A DNA stretch of 52,042 bases, filler included, from Bipalium vagum (Eukaryota): assembly GCA_037834085.1 (NCBI GenBank). It is 3 parts of 3 records of this genome, joined end to end, with 100 filler letters (N's around TTAATTAATTAA, not from the genome) between each part and the next. Parts side by side here need not be neighbours in the genome. Positions count along the whole stretch, not along the records: positions 33,960 to 52,042 come from JBBMKC010041182.1; 2 more parts are not named here. The stretch is one strand, 5' to 3'. Below, in pieces: positions 50,345 through 52,042 of the stretch (its first letter is position 1; each line of letters begins with the position of its first letter). A program made the translations under genes and the position numbers. Below the pieces are notes generated by a model. The model saw only the letters and a program-made list of their open reading frames with translations. It did not search any database and was not told the DNA's origin.

Positions 50345-52042
50345 TATTAGTATTTTTAACTTTAAGGAACAGGAAACCGTTTACACGCTTGTATCGAACA
50401 ATTGAATTAGGACTTTGCTGCTCAATGAATGAGGAAACTAGTTCCTGATGATTGGATGAATTTCAAGCTGCCATATTCGTTTTGATTTGGTTTTAAACCA
50501 TTATACACCATAGGTATCAAAAAAGTGGGAAACACTTAATGCTATAATGCATCAAACAGTTAAATTATAAAAACTAATGCCAATTTCAATAGAGTATGGT
50601 TCTACCATATTAAGTTTATTGCTGACCAGTATAACTGTCAATGGCCAGTTTTAATTTTATAATTCCCAAAAATGTTTTCATTTCTTAAAATTTGAAATGT
50701 ACTAAGTAATATACACAAGTATTTGAAATTGTGAAAAACTTAACATTTCAGAAAAAATCTACATAAGGAAGAAAATTACATTAACTTGTTAAATATATAT
50801 AAATATATACAATACCAATTTTCCAAATCACACTTCAATTCCATGAGAAATGAATGGACAAGTCCACATGTATTTTTGAAAAGCAAAGACTGTCTAATTA
50901 TCATGATGACAAAGTTGTGGTGAAATACTAATTAATTTAATATCTGTGATAATGGATTTTTAAACCAGTACTTGATCAAGAAAACCTGAAATAGATTCCA
51001 TAGCCATGCTGAAATGATAACCGGAATAGAAATATTTCATATCTTTTTCATTTTAAAAATAAATATGGAATACTATTTTCATTATCTAATTTGATAATTC
51101 AAGCACATTTCTACTACAAAAATATCTCGTCTACTATGAATAATTAGAAAAATATTTGGTTATTTATATTATTTTTTCCTCTTGCTACAGAACGAATGAA
51201 GAAAATACCAGAAAATATGGTAGAAAAACCATATTAATCTTGGAATTAAAATTAACTTTTCCCTTTAAATTATTGAATTAATTATAAAAATTAATCTGAT
51301 ATCTTGGTACACATTTAATTGAAAATTAAATCAATTTCTCAGTCTCCCTCATAATGAATTGACAGAATTAAAATTCAATTGTAACTTTGTAAAAATAATT
51401 CAGCTTTTCCTTACAAATTTTCCAAATCAACAAAACTGTATGCTAAAATAATAATACTTTATAATAAAATCTTTGGGAAGTCATATAAAAAAAACTGCCA
51501 TATATTTCAACCAGAATTTATTTGTCTACAGTGTTTATTGTTTCAGATTAGAATAATCATATCAGTTGTAATTAAAAAGCAAATTAAATTAATTAAAATA
51601 AATGAAAAAAGAAAAAAGACTGAAGCTGTACATATTATAATTTTGTTCTGAAAAATGGAAATCAACATTTTTGTAACTTTCTTAAATGCTGTTCTGCAGT
51701 GGTGAAATACTTTTTGTAATCTCTAGCAGAATTGATGGAAATTATTAGACTAGATCATGATTATTATAATAGTAATAATTATTATTTTCTTCTTCATTAT
51801 AAAACAAAAACTTAATATTTTTTGAAATTTTATTTCTAATTCTCGTGTTTAGTTTAAGATAAATAATCAATTTTCAACTTAACAAATATTTAGATTAAAT
51901 TTATTAAATAATAATTTATTCAAGTTTTAAGAAAAATTTATCTAATGAAAAATAATTATTTTTTAATTATTGTTAGCAGCTATTTCAATGAAGTCACTCA
52001 TAGTTTCAAAAATTTTATTAATCCAATAAAAATAAAAATACT

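Noticed and set aside
1-52042. CRISPR arrays, rRNA, tRNA or prokaryotic operons
   Set aside because: No repeat-spacer array or conserved RNA motifs seen; genes are spliceosomal and metazoan.
46000-52042. Host exons in the last 6 kb (for example 48120-48300)
   Set aside because: No sustained reading frame or recognisable motif; very short exons cannot be excluded.

Overview
AT-rich, intron-containing animal (invertebrate) genomic DNA, not prokaryotic. Host genes: DNAJC5/cysteine string protein (+, apparently complete), a KIF15/kinesin-12 motor domain (+, cut by a gap), an SGSM1/2-like RUN-PH-TBC Rab-GAP (-, 3' end cut by a gap) and a plexin/MET-type Sema-domain exon (-). Most introns are 41-54 nt; a few are inflated to kb size by transposons. 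The window is dense with decayed Tc1/mariner copies, MITEs, Gypsy and LINE remnants. Main hidden signals: (1) scattered, frameshifted remains of a Polinton/adintovirus-like endogenous DNA virus that the ORF track misses (EndoVII-fused protein-primed PolB, giant-virus-type HNH nuclease, probable major and minor capsid C-termini, linked by a shared repeat module); (2) a complete-looking HDV/CPEB3-like ribozyme at 8135-8228 (-) heading a probable non-coding retroelement just upstream of DNAJC5; (3) an internally deleted R2-clade retrotransposon sitting outside rDNA. Two gaps carry an artificial TTAATTAATTAA linker, so adjacency across them is unproven. All protein assignments come from manual translation and remembered family motifs; no searches were run.
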